Part shown: positions 28,070 through 35,581 of the stretch, one piece after another
Numbering within the stretch: position 1 is the stretch's first letter
Layout: each line of letters starts with the position of its first letter
Origin: a virus
Strand: one strand, 5' to 3'
Virus record (IMG/VR): IMGVR_UViG_3300046779_001123
Location: 9,972-73,971 of that record
DNA: 64,000 nucleotides
Program-made: the position numbers and the translations under genes
Notes under the pieces: model-generated
The model's input: the letters and a program-made list of their open reading frames with translations, nothing else
What the model was told of the DNA's origin: nothing
Databases searched by the model: none

Positions 28070-28621
28070 ATGAAGAAAATCTTCGCAATCTTGGCTTTGG
28101 CCGTTTCTAGTTCTGCTTTTGCAGTGTCTTATGTTTCTGTGGATGTAGACAACGTTCTGGGTCGTGCAGGCTCAGGTGACAGCACAGCACAATACATCCG
28201 TGCTGGCAAAGAAATCGGCGGAATTCAATATGGCTTGCAAGGACGCACTGCCAAAATGAAAGACGGTTCGGGCTCGTTGAGTTCAGTTGAAGTCACTGCT
28301 GCCAAGAACAACTTAAACATTAAGGGCGTCACACCATTTGTGGGTGTTGGCCATGACAATGGCTTCAGTGGTGGTGCAGGCTACAACTACGGTTTGGTTG
28401 GCGCAACTTATGGCTTGCCGGTTGGTCCTGGTTTCTTGTTGACCGGTGTCAAGACTCGCGTTGGTTCTACCGAAGATGGTGCTCGCACTAAGCAAACAGT
28501 GGGTTTTGCTACTTACTCAATCCCAGTTGCCAAAGATGTTAGCGTTAACTTGAATGCCAGCCGTTCAGGTCAGACTATCAAAGAAAACGCATTTGGTGTT
28601 GGCTTAGGCTTCCGCTTCTAA
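28070..28621 (+). CDS. Small outer-membrane beta-barrel protein (Ail/OmpX/Lom-like moron)
   Basis: Signal peptide AFA-VS; alternating-hydrophobic strands; C-terminal GLGFRF ending in Phe; AAAGGA RBS. Confidence 0.65.
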   Translation: MKKIFAILALAVSSSAFAVSYVSVDVDNVLGRAGSGDSTAQYIRAGKEIGGIQYGLQGRTAKMKDGSGSLSSVEVTAAKNNLNIKGVTPFVGVGHDNGFSGGAGYNYGLVGATYGLPVGPGFLLTGVKTRVGSTEDGARTKQTVGFATYSIPVAKDVSVNLNASRSGQTIKENAFGVGLGFRF

Positions 28622-28644
28622 TCCTAGTTTAGGACAAGTATACT

Positions 28645-28668
28645 AGCCCACTTCGGTGGGCTTTTTGT
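28645..28668 (+). terminator. Rho-independent terminator
   Basis: AGCCCAC-TTCG-GTGGGCT + TTTTTGTT. Confidence 0.8.
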
Positions 28669-28696
28669 TGACTTTTTAAAAGAAGTCATATATAAT
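28668..28696 (+). promoter_or_regulatory. Sigma70-like promoter (TTGACT-17-TATAAT)
   Basis: Directly after the terminator; no long ORF downstream. Confidence 0.55.
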
Positions 28697-28699
28697 TGT

Positions 28700-29191
28700 T
28701 GTATTGCTGTAAAGACCGTAAGGAAAGAAACAGATAAAAATGGATTCAAGAAGAGGCTTCGAAGCCTCCAGGTCCACCATAAAACACATTAGCACAACAT
28801 TTTGACTTCCAGGTCTTTTTGGGTGTTGTGGTCGTTCTAGTGTGTTTTATAGAATACATTTCTTGGCTAGTACTGGAAAGAATACTTAATCGGGGCAACG
28901 AGCCTTAACTCCACCCGAAGAATGGTATCGTAAAGATATATGGACCGTCTATGTATTGTGAAGTGTATTTTATAATGGGCCTGACATGGTGATCGATTGG
29001 GTCAGGAGTATTGAAGTGGACAGCAGGGTAGGCGATGACCCTAAATCAAGCAAACTTAGTAAATGCAAACGCAAATACAAAAGGTGAAGTGGCTATCAAC
29101 GGTCGCGGTGTAAAAATCGCTCGTCGTGCTGCTGTATTGGCTTAATAACCCAAACACCCGGGGTAGGACTTACCTTGTAAACCAAACAACC
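28700..29191 (+). ncRNA. Candidate non-coding/small-peptide transcript bounded by promoter and terminator
   Basis: No ORF over 25 codons between promoter 28668 and terminator 29192; internal hairpin GAGGCTTCGAAGCCTC. Confidence 0.3.
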
Positions 29192-29217
29192 AAGGCTCTT
29201 CGGAGCCTTTTTTATCT
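29192..29217 (+). terminator. Rho-independent terminator
   Basis: AAGGCTC-TTCG-GAGCCTT + TTTTTTAT. Confidence 0.8.
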
Positions 29218-29274
29218 TTGTTGTCAACGCAAGTTCAACGTAAGGCGTTGTATATAGTAGCCAAGGAGGCTGCT

Positions 29275-29430
29275 ATGATCAACACACATTGTTCCAGCAA
29301 TGACAAACCAGGTAAAAATGAAAAACCTATGTTTTTCAAAACATGGATGATAGTAAAAGATTGTCCTCACTGTGATACAAAAAGAATCACAGTCTGCAAC
29401 GATCCAAATTGTGTTAGACGAAAAAAGTAG
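29275..29430 (+). CDS. Small zinc-ribbon protein
   Basis: AAGGAGG SD 7 nt before ATG; CPHCD...CNDPNC. Confidence 0.4.
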   Translation: MINTHCSSNDKPGKNEKPMFFKTWMIVKDCPHCDTKRITVCNDPNCVRRKK

Positions 29431-29472
29431 TCAAATCGGCAAAATATCTTGAAAAATATAAATACTCGTGGT

Positions 29473-29501
29473 TGACAAGGTATAAATAACTCTATACAAT
29501 A
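29473..29501 (+). promoter_or_regulatory. Sigma70-like promoter (TTGACA-17-TACAAT)
   Basis: TTGACAAGGTATAAATAACTCTATACAAT. Confidence 0.5.
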
Positions 29502-29504
29502 ACA

Positions 29505-29679
29505 CTTTTATGAAACACATATCGCATTATTGCTTATCACTCAAATCACAGGCGCAAGGCTTGGGCTTTAGACCCACCTCTTGGTCTGCGGTAGAGATGA
29601 TTAGTAATGATCGCACACCAGAGGGAACCGGGGTCCAGGAGGACAGTATGTAATACAAAAGCATACGCAAACTTCCAAG
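29505..29679 (+). ncRNA. Candidate sRNA (promoter to terminator, no ORF)
   Basis: ~175-nt unit between promoter 29473 and terminator 29680. Confidence 0.4.
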
Positions 29680-29716
29680 GACCCTAGGACAAAAAATCCT
29701 AGGGTTTTGTTTTTTG
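29680..29716 (+). terminator. Rho-independent terminator
   Basis: ACCCTAGGA-caaaaaa-TCCTAGGGT + TTTGTTTTTTG. Confidence 0.8.
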
Positions 29717-30072
29717 TAATACTAAAGTAGGAATTGACAATTAATGACAGTGACAGTAAAATTAGCACCCAATGATAAGAAGGACTGGTTAAAGACGCAT
29801 ACTTTAACTCCTGAGCAAAGACAAAAGCTCATTACTCAGAAGTTAGAACATGCTGTAAAGCAGTTCGAGGCCAATGCCAAGGCGCAAGCCGTAGCATAAG
29901 GTAACAGTGGTTAGGCAACGCGAGCCGTAGAGACACTTTAAAAATCTAGAATGAGGGCGGCCTAGGGGATGAGAAGCACCTTGTGTGGTGTGTGAAAAAA
30001 CCTAGCGTATTAAAGAGCATAGAGCTGACCTGGGTTGAGATACCGCAGACTGTGCTTTTTAATACACACTCT

Positions 30073-30101
30073 TGACAAATATTGTTGAGAGTGTTATAAT
30101 A
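30073..30101 (+). promoter_or_regulatory. Sigma70-like promoter (TTGACA-17-TATAAT) upstream of the tRNA block
   Basis: TTGACAAATATTGTTGAGAGTGTTATAAT. Confidence 0.55.
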
Positions 30102-30111
30102 CAATTTTTGT

Positions 30112-30187
30112 TGGGGATTCGCCAAGTTTGGTCTAAGGCACCGGGTTTTGATTCCGGCATTCACAGGTTCGAATCCTGTATCCCCTG
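30112..30187 (+). tRNA. tRNA-Gln (TTG)
   Basis: Close resemblance to E. coli tRNA-Gln(UUG); loop TTTTGAT; CCA encoded. Confidence 0.75.
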
Positions 30188-30196
30188 CCAAATTTT

Positions 30197-30268
30197 TGCC
30201 GTGTAGCTCAGAGGAAGAGCAAACGCTTGATAAGCGTTAGGTCGACATTTCGAAATTGTCCATGGCAA
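30197..30268 (+). tRNA. tRNA-Ile (GAT)
   Basis: Acceptor TGCCGTG/CATGGCA, loop TTGATAA. Confidence 0.65.
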
Positions 30269-30287
30269 CCATTATAAGTATGTGAAC

Positions 30288-30361
30288 GCGGGTATGATGT
30301 TTAACGGTAGCATGTCAGTCTTCCAAACTGATCGAGAGGAGTTCGAATCTCCCTACCCGCT
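30288..30361 (+). tRNA. tRNA-Gly (TCC)
   Basis: Acceptor GCGGGTA/TACCCGC, loop CTTCCAA, T-arm GGAGTTCGAATCTCC. Confidence 0.75.
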
Positions 30362-30606
30362 CCAAAGGATTATAAATTATGGACATGGATCAAGCGGCAG
30401 TATTTTTAGCCGGGTCAGTTTTAACAATGATGGGTTTCATTGTAATTGTGATTGGTATTGTTGTAGTAAACAATATCATACACAGATACTGGAAACCACT
30501 GGGTTGGTTTAAATCGTGGGGGCTTACCTTTGAGCATCACGATGCAAGATTTGCCGAGCCGCATGAGCTTGACAAAAGCAAAGAACCTAAAATAAAATAA
30601 GTTTTT

Positions 30607-30681
30607 CCGAGTATAGCGCAGTCTGGCTAGCGCATCTGGTTTGGGACCAGAGGGTCGGGAGTTCGAATCTCTCTACTCGGA
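30607..30681 (+). tRNA. tRNA-Pro (TGG)
   Basis: Acceptor CCGAGTA/TACTCGG, loop TTTGGGA; resembles E. coli tRNA-Pro. Confidence 0.8.
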
Positions 30682-30835
30682 CCATTTTAAAACAAAAGTA
30701 TTACAAAACCCTACTCAGCGTAGGGTTAATACTTTGCGGTAGACCAGAAATTGGTTAACTGCTACAATAGAATCAAGTTAGGCAACAAAGCAACTGAATT
30801 TGCAAAGCCCCTACAAGTTGTCGGGACTTTACAAA

Positions 30836-30864
30836 ACAAGTTGACCGGTAAAGCAGAAGATGCT
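30836..30864 (+). promoter_or_regulatory. Sigma70-like promoter (TTGACC-17-TATACT)
   Basis: TTGACCGGTAAAGCAGAAGATGCTATACT; precedes a non-coding stretch. Confidence 0.45.
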
Positions 30865-31260
30865 ATACTAGATGCTTAGTTAGTTAAACAGTTTATCTAA
30901 ACAGTTTAGCAAGGTTCTTTAAAAAATTATCTTTCATGTAGTTGTCTAGTTCTTGTGACTAGCAACTATATGTAAACACATTAGGGTTACCGAATCCACT
31001 AGGATTTTGTATAGGTTACGCCAACCGGCGGGTTGGGCTTATGCAAGGTCATGAAGCAGGCAATCGGATAACAGAGGGACACAAGGTGTCGGCCCGTGAA
31101 ACGGCTACATTCTCCCCGAGTTATATGTCAGATACCAGAAAAGCGGTGGTGCCGTTCGGCAGTAATGATTTCGAGCGAAAGGGTAGTCGCACACCCAAAG
31201 ACAAGATACTAGGCATCTATAAGCCCTAGGTGAGTCGCAGTCATTGAGATTCCCAAATTA
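30865..31260 (+). ncRNA. Candidate structured ncRNA (~400 nt) with GNRA hairpins
   Basis: CCGT-GAAA-CGG and GCGAAAGG hairpins, GCCAACC-GGCG-GGTTGGGC stem-loop; the only ORF here (31041..31229) has protein-atypical composition. Confidence 0.3.
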
Positions 31261-31289
31261 ATGTGTTTTCATATAGTTAAAAAACTAAT

Positions 31290-31371
31290 GCTCGAGTGGT
31301 GTAATCGGTAGCCACAAGGGACTTAAAATCCCTCGCCGCAAGGCGTGCCGGTTCGATTCCGGCCTCGAGCA
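31290..31371 (+). tRNA. tRNA-Leu (TAA)
   Basis: Acceptor GCTCGAG/CTCGAGC, loop CTTAAAA, long variable arm. Confidence 0.8.
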
Positions 31372-31442
31372 CCAATCTATTGCGACATGTCAGAAATGAC
31401 CCTAGATTCGTTCGGGACTGGAAACAGTGTGTCTCTTTTTAT

Positions 31443-31514
31443 GGAGCTATCGTCTATCGGTTAGGACACCAGGTTTTCATCCTGGTAAGCGGGGTTCGAC
31501 TCCCCGTAGCTCTT
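31443..31514 (+). tRNA. tRNA-Glu (TTC)
   Basis: Acceptor GGAGCTA/TAGCTCT, loop TTTTCAT. Confidence 0.6.
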
Positions 31515-31691
31515 CCAAGTTTATGGAGACAGAAACTTATCACTGGTGCAACCGTTGTGCAATACGGCGGTCAATGTTCTCAGATAAGCGGATAACGTGG
31601 ACGGCATATGGGTAAGTGACTTGGCGCACCGCGAAAGCGTACCGCTGATATCGACCGCCTGTGTGTAGGCGGTCTCCACCATTTAGTTTAT

Positions 31692-31773
31692 GGATGTGTA
31701 GGAAAATTGGTAACCCCAGTGGACTGTAAATCCGCCGCCTCTGGCACTGCTGGTTCAACTCCAGCCGCATCCA
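31692..31773 (+). tRNA. tRNA-Tyr (GTA)
   Basis: Loop CTGTAAA, long variable arm. Confidence 0.7.
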
Positions 31774-31875
31774 CCAAATGTAAGATAGTTGTGTTCGCGT
31801 CCTGCAGGTAAGAGCACAACCGTATCATCACGGACGGGCGTATATGCCGTGTAAAAAATGCGACTCAGAAATTTA

Positions 31876-31947
31876 GGTCTCAAGGTGTTCATGGACGCAC
31901 ACAGCACTGTCACTGCTGAGGAGGGGGATCGTTACCCCCTGGGACCG
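31876..31947 (+). tRNA. tRNA-Asp (GTC)
   Basis: Acceptor GGTCTCA/TGGGACC, stem CAGCA/TGCTG with loop CTGTCAC; non-canonical T-loop ATCGTTA. Confidence 0.65.
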
Positions 31948-32060
31948 CCAGTATTCATTGCAAAGAAGACAACAACGATGCTCTACTCCCGTCCGGAGCA
32001 TTCGGCGAGATTGGGCTTACAATCGTAGCGTAAAAGTCGTAGAACGGGAACTAATTTTAT

Positions 32061-32136
32061 TCCGCAAAATCCGAGCAAGGTGCATGGACCTGACTGTTAA
32101 TCAGTGGTTAGGTGAGTTCGATCCTCACATGCGGAG
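32061..32136 (+). tRNA. tRNA-like gene with GTT anticodon loop (second Asn-like copy, aberrant D/anticodon stems)
   Basis: Acceptor TCCGCAA/ATGCGGA (one mismatch), loop CTGTTAA, good T-arm GTGAGTTCGATCCTCAC. Confidence 0.4.
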
Positions 32137-32145
32137 CCATACAAT

Positions 32146-32234
32146 GGAAGATGATGCAGCGGGGTTGGTCCTGCGACTGGCCTTGAAAACCAGGTCCTGA
32201 GAAATCGGGTGGGGTTCGACTCCTCCGTCTTCCG
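32146..32234 (+). tRNA. tRNA-Ser (TGA)
   Basis: GGAAGAT...CTTCCGCCA ends and loop CTTGAAAA resemble E. coli tRNA-Ser(UGA); long variable arm. Confidence 0.7.
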
Positions 32235-32292
32235 CCAGAATAAGCCTATACCCACTCCTGACGTGACCTGAGTCCCTGGGCTTTCTTTTTTC

Positions 32293-32364
32293 GCCCCGTT
32301 AGTTCTAGTGGTAAAACATCGGTTTTGTAATCCGAGGTCGGGTGTTCGATTCACCCCCGGGGCA
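32293..32364 (+). tRNA. tRNA-Thr (TGT)
   Basis: Acceptor GCCCCGT/CCGGGGC, loop TTTGTAA, T-arm GGGTGTTCGATTCACCC. Confidence 0.55.
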
Positions 32365-32373
32365 CCAAGTTAT

Positions 32374-32448
32374 GCAGTAATGGAAAGGGGTAGGAGGCCT
32401 GTCCTCTGAGTTCTAGACACCCGCAGTGGTTCGAGTCCACTGGCTGCA
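32374..32448 (+). tRNA. tRNA-like gene, isotype undetermined
   Basis: Good T-arm AGTGGTTCGAGTCCACT and acceptor closure; anticodon arm could not be folded canonically. Confidence 0.3.
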
Positions 32449-32611
32449 CCAAATTTTGAGATAGACGTAGGGATTGAGTCCCTTGTGCGCTAGGGCCCTG
32501 TTCTTGTGCCTGACACACCAGTAGCAACACAAGGTAGTTAAACTCTCCCATACGAGACAAGCTGATGAGTCCTTGAGAAAGATAGTCAGTCTCTCAAAAA
32601 CCTATTTTGTC

Positions 32612-32679
32612 CTTTGTGTAGAATAACGGGAGTTCGCCCCGGTGCACAGGAGGTAGTGGTTCGATTCCACTCACAAAGG
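32612..32679 (+). tRNA. tRNA-like gene, aberrant anticodon arm (possible pseudogene)
   Basis: Acceptor CTTTGTG/CACAAAG, D-arm GAAT..GTTC, T-arm AGTGGTTCGATTCCACT; no foldable anticodon stem. Confidence 0.3.
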
Positions 32680-32687
32680 GCCTTTAT

Positions 32688-32761
32688 ACCACCTTAGCTC
32701 AGCTGAACAGAGCACCAGGCTACGAACTTGGGGGTCGGGAGTTTGAATCTCTCAGGTGGTA
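32688..32761 (+). tRNA. tRNA-Arg (ACG)
   Basis: Acceptor ACCACCT/AGGTGGT, loop CTACGAA. Confidence 0.75.
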
Positions 32762-32774
32762 CCATAAAGATTTT

Positions 32775-32847
32775 GGGCTGTGATTGAGCTGGGGTTCTTG
32801 GCTGCTTTGCAAGCAGTTATCGGTGGGTTCGATTCCCACACGGTCCA
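32775..32847 (+). tRNA. tRNA-Ala (TGC)
   Basis: Acceptor GGGCTGT/ACGGTCC (G-U pairs), loop TTTGCAA. Confidence 0.6.
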
Positions 32848-33078
32848 CCAAGTTTTGTAAGTGTCAGCAAGAGAATGTCACGCTATGCAATATTCTTCGA
32901 AGGTGTTGTATAGTAGAAGGTAGCGGGTTCGATCCCCGGCCTGCGGGAAACTGCGGGCATACAGTTGGAGTATCATCTGGACTTAGTATCCCAAGTGTCA
33001 TGCCGCCCCCTGTCCGGACTTGTATAATCAGGAAAAAAGTTGAGATAAAAGTGGCTCAACTACTTACAAATTCAACAT

Positions 33079-33150
33079 GTCGCATTAGACTTCTGGTGAG
33101 GTCACTACCCTTTCAAGGTGGCCAGAGGGGATCGTAACCCCTATGCGACT
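33079..33150 (+). tRNA. tRNA-Glu (TTC), second copy
   Basis: Acceptor GTCGCAT/ATGCGAC, loop CTTTCAA as in E. coli tRNA-Glu; T-loop ATCGTAA. Confidence 0.6.
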
Positions 33151-33268
33151 CCATTGATAAGCATACTCAAGGCAATAAAAAGCCATAACGCTGGGCGCAG
33201 CTCGACCGGTAAGAGTGGGCAGGTTCAAATCCTGCAGAGTCTGATCAACTCTGAGTGTGTTTTTCAAT

Positions 33269-33366
33269 GGGAGCGTTGCTAATACTGGCCTTAGGGCGAG
33301 ACTTATACCCTCGTAAGCACTGTCTAGATAAGGCAGTTAATGTGGGTTCGATTCCCACCGCTCCTA
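33269..33366 (+). tRNA. Unusually long (98 nt) tRNA-like gene, possible anticodon TAT
   Basis: Acceptor GGGAGCG/CGCTCCT, T-arm GTGGGTTCGATTCCCAC, ~28-nt extra arm ACTGTC-TAGATAA-GGCAGT. Confidence 0.4.
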
Positions 33367-33373
33367 CCAACTT

Positions 33374-33445
33374 CTGGCGTTAGTTCAACGGATAGAACAT
33401 AGAGCTTCTACCTCTAGAATGTGGGTTCGATTCCTGCACGCCGGA
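33374..33445 (+). tRNA. tRNA-Arg (TCT)
   Basis: Stem TAGAG/CTCTA, loop CTTCTAC. Confidence 0.7.
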
Positions 33446-33490
33446 CCAAATTTATTGGTAGCGCATAAATAAAACAAAAGATGCTCTACC

Positions 33491-33874
33491 ATGAAAACTT
33501 ATAACTGTATCCAATGCGGGAAAGAATGTTCTTTTTCGCATCAAAAAAGAAACAAATTTTGTAGCAACGACTGCCAACATCAACATCGCCGTGCTCAAAC
33601 TTTTTCAAGATTACTCGAAGGTGAGATAACCGAGCGCCAAACGATTCGGAGCACGTTAATTTACCAATTTGGACATAAGTGTATGTCGTGTGAGTTAACA
33701 GAATGGCAAGGGCAACCTATACCACTTGAGGTTGATCATGTCGACGGAAACGCAGGAAACAATGCGTATAATAATTTAAAACTTCTTTGTGCTAACTGCC
33801 ACGGTATTACCCCAACATGGAAGGGTAAGAATAAAGGTAATGGCAGAGCAGCACGAGGATTGAAGCTCTCATAG
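33491..33874 (+). CDS. HNH endonuclease
   Basis: CIQCGKEC, EVDHVDGNAGNNAYNNLKLLCANCHG. Confidence 0.75.
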   Translation: MKTYNCIQCGKECSFSHQKRNKFCSNDCQHQHRRAQTFSRLLEGEITERQTIRSTLIYQFGHKCMSCELTEWQGQPIPLEVDHVDGNAGNNAYNNLKLLCANCHGITPTWKGKNKGNGRAARGLKLS

Positions 33875-33935
33875 TATAATGGCATTACACACCCTTGGTA
33901 AGGGTGAAACACAAGTTCAATTCTTGTTGAGAGCA
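33865..33935 (+). tRNA. tRNA-Thr (GGT)
   Basis: Acceptor GCTCTCA/TGAGAGC, stem CACCC/GGGTG, loop TTGGTAA; overlaps HNH stop. Confidence 0.75.
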
Positions 33936-34011
33936 CCAAGGTACTACTCATAGAATTGTTCGCACTAGTCTATAAGTGGAGGGCAGTAGCGAACACTGCC
34001 CGAGAGATAAT

Positions 34012-34084
34012 GCTGCTTTAGCTGATGTGGTCATAGCACCGGATTGAAAATCCGAGGAACCCTGTTCGATCCGGGGAGGCAGCA
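34012..34084 (+). tRNA. tRNA-Phe (GAA)
   Basis: Loop TTGAAAA, acceptor GCTGCTT/AGGCAGC. Confidence 0.7.
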
Positions 34085-34107
34085 CCACCATTTACAAGGA
34101 GACGATC

Positions 34108-34170
34108 ATGGCAATCATTGTTGTGTTGGTTATCTTTGTTACACTATATTTTTTTATAAGGAAACTTTGA
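34108..34170 (+). CDS. 20-aa hydrophobic micro-peptide (MAIIVVLVIFVTLYFFIRKL)
   Basis: AAGGAG SD 6 nt upstream; speculative. Confidence 0.25.
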   Translation: MAIIVVLVIFVTLYFFIRKL

Positions 34171-34256
34171 CATGAAACGTTCAGCGAAACCGTAGTGTCA
34201 TCTCAGCACCCTGTATGGTCCGGGATGGCACGTAAAAGACAATTTTTACATTCCAT

Positions 34257-34328
34257 CCCTTTGAGATGTTAAGGCAGCATGCCGGACTCTTAATCCGTGA
34301 CGTGTGGGTTCGACTCCCACCAGAGGGA
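34257..34328 (+). tRNA. tRNA-Lys (CTT)
   Basis: Acceptor CCCTTTG/CAGAGGG, loop CTCTTAA. Confidence 0.55.
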
Positions 34329-34334
34329 CCATAT

Positions 34335-34405
34335 GGGGGTGAAACTTTAAGGTGAAGTAACCGGCTTTTAACCGGTAAAATTCGGATCGTTCCCGAACAC
34401 CCCTA
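34335..34405 (+). tRNA. tRNA-Lys (TTT)
   Basis: Stem ACCGG/CCGGT, loop CTTTTAA; non-canonical T-loop ATCGTTC. Confidence 0.7.
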
Positions 34406-34407
34406 CC

Positions 34408-35100
34408 ATATAAAAACACACTCTACCCTACCCTGGCTGGAACGGCTGTGCGGGGATAGGAGAACAGACCCGTTTGAGTGTGTTTCTATATGGTAACAAG
34501 GTTCGAAACTTGTCCTTCCGGTGGCGGAAATTTACCTGTAAGGGGAAAAACCGGTGCCATATAGAAATACATTATTGCCTGAAAAGATGAAAATTCTAGA
34601 CAAGTAATCATATGTTGTCTGCAGATGCGTTAGATATCGGCGTAATCACAGCAGAGGTATAGTGTGTTTCTATATGGTAAGTGTTATCTGCAGGTAACAC
34701 CCATGCTGGAGAGTAATTAACTCCAGGAGCTCGTAGTGATGGAACTGGAAGACATTCCTCCGTTATAGGAGGCGGGAGTTCCGCAAGGCCCCCATGCAGG
34801 TTCGAACCCTGCCTACAATGAGCTTGCATATAAAAGCATTCTTGGCATAAGTCAAAGCAGAAGAAGAAACCTAGTGGATGCATACGCGAAAGTTTCAGTG
34901 GTTCAACCCCCTTCTAGGCCTGCCGTCGAGAGTGCCTCTATATGTAATTAGAGATTGTTAATAAAGCGTAGAGCTCGATTGATGTCGGTGAAGTAACGCA
35001 TAGTTAGTTCGCAGTCATAGATATCGTAGACCACAATACAGCATACGCCATCATCACTTAGACTTAATTGAAAGTCTAATCCAGCTGGGGTTTGACTGTA
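34408..35100 (+). ncRNA. ~700-nt tRNA-free non-coding stretch with direct/inverted repeats (structured RNA candidate)
   Basis: AGTGTGTTTCTATATGGTAA at 34470 and 34661; 11-bp inverted partner CCATATAGAAA at 34557; several T-arm-like hairpins without acceptor closure. Confidence 0.3.
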
Positions 35101-35124
35101 ATAAGTTTTCACAAAAATATTTAT

Positions 35125-35198
35125 GGTGGGTATCGCCAAGTGGTTAAGGCCTCGGGTTGTGATTCCGATATGCGTGAGTTCGATCCTCACTATCCACC
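35125..35198 (+). tRNA. tRNA-His (GTG) with encoded G-1
   Basis: G-1 + GTGGGTA...TATCCAC-C-CCA (discriminator C), loop TTGTGAT. Confidence 0.8.
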
Positions 35199-35205
35199 CC
35201 AACAT

Positions 35206-35277
35206 GGATGTATAGCATAATGGTAGTGCGCCTCCTTCATACGGAGTCCGGTGGTAGTTCGAATCTACTTACATCCA
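35206..35277 (+). tRNA. tRNA anticodon CAT (Met, fMet or Ile2), copy 2
   Basis: Acceptor GGATGTA/TACATCC, loop TTCATAC. Confidence 0.65.
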
Positions 35278-35324
35278 CCAAATAATTGCCGACAGCAAGT
35301 GTTGTCGACTATATAATAACGTAT

Positions 35325-35396
35325 TCCCCGGTAGCTCAGCGGTAGAGCAGGAGACTGTTAATCTCTTGGTCGCAAGTTCGATCCTTGCCTGGGGAG
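35325..35396 (+). tRNA. tRNA-Asn (GTT)
   Basis: Stem GGAGA/TCTCT, loop CTGTTAA, T-arm GCAAGTTCGATCCTTGC. Confidence 0.8.
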
Positions 35397-35404
35397 CCAA
35401 ATTT

Positions 35405-35491
35405 CGAGAGTGGGCCGGATGGTAAGGCAGCGGATTGCTAATCCGTAGAGTGTAGTAATACGCTCACAGGGTTCGACTCCCTGACTCTCGG
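35405..35491 (+). tRNA. tRNA-Ser (GCT)
   Basis: Acceptor CGAGAGT/ACTCTCG, loop TTGCTAA, long variable arm. Confidence 0.8.
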
Positions 35492-35501
35492 CCAGTATAT
35501 T

Positions 35502-35573
35502 GCGGGTATGGTGCTAGTGGTAACACACGACCTTGCCAAGGTTGAGTTGAGGGTTCGATCCCCTCTACCCGCT
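35502..35573 (+). tRNA. tRNA-Gly (GCC)
   Basis: Acceptor GCGGGTA/TACCCGC, loop TTGCCAA. Confidence 0.75.
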
Positions 35574-35581
35574 CCAAAATT

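Noticed and set aside
28754-28769. GAGGCTTCGAAGCCTC hairpin as a terminator
   Set aside because: No U-tract follows. It is more likely an internal structure of the putative sRNA.
32536-32596. Hammerhead-ribozyme-like core CTGATGAG...GAAA flanked by GAGAC/GTCTC
   Set aside because: Helix II cannot close with the required G10.1-C11.1 pair (A-GAAA instead of C-GAAA) and no U16.1-H17 cleavage context. It is probably coincidental.
31041-33137. Several 60-117-aa ORFs (31041..31229, 31958..32200, 32784..33137 and minus-strand ORFs) in the tRNA island
   Set aside because: They overlap confidently folded tRNAs or hairpin-rich spacers, lack an RBS and have protein-atypical composition.
33186-33262. 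Full tRNA around the GCAGG-TTCAAAT-CCTGC hairpin (possible Leu-CAA anticodon arm)
   Set aside because: No acceptor-stem closure or downstream T-arm could be found. It is kept only as a tRNA-like fragment.
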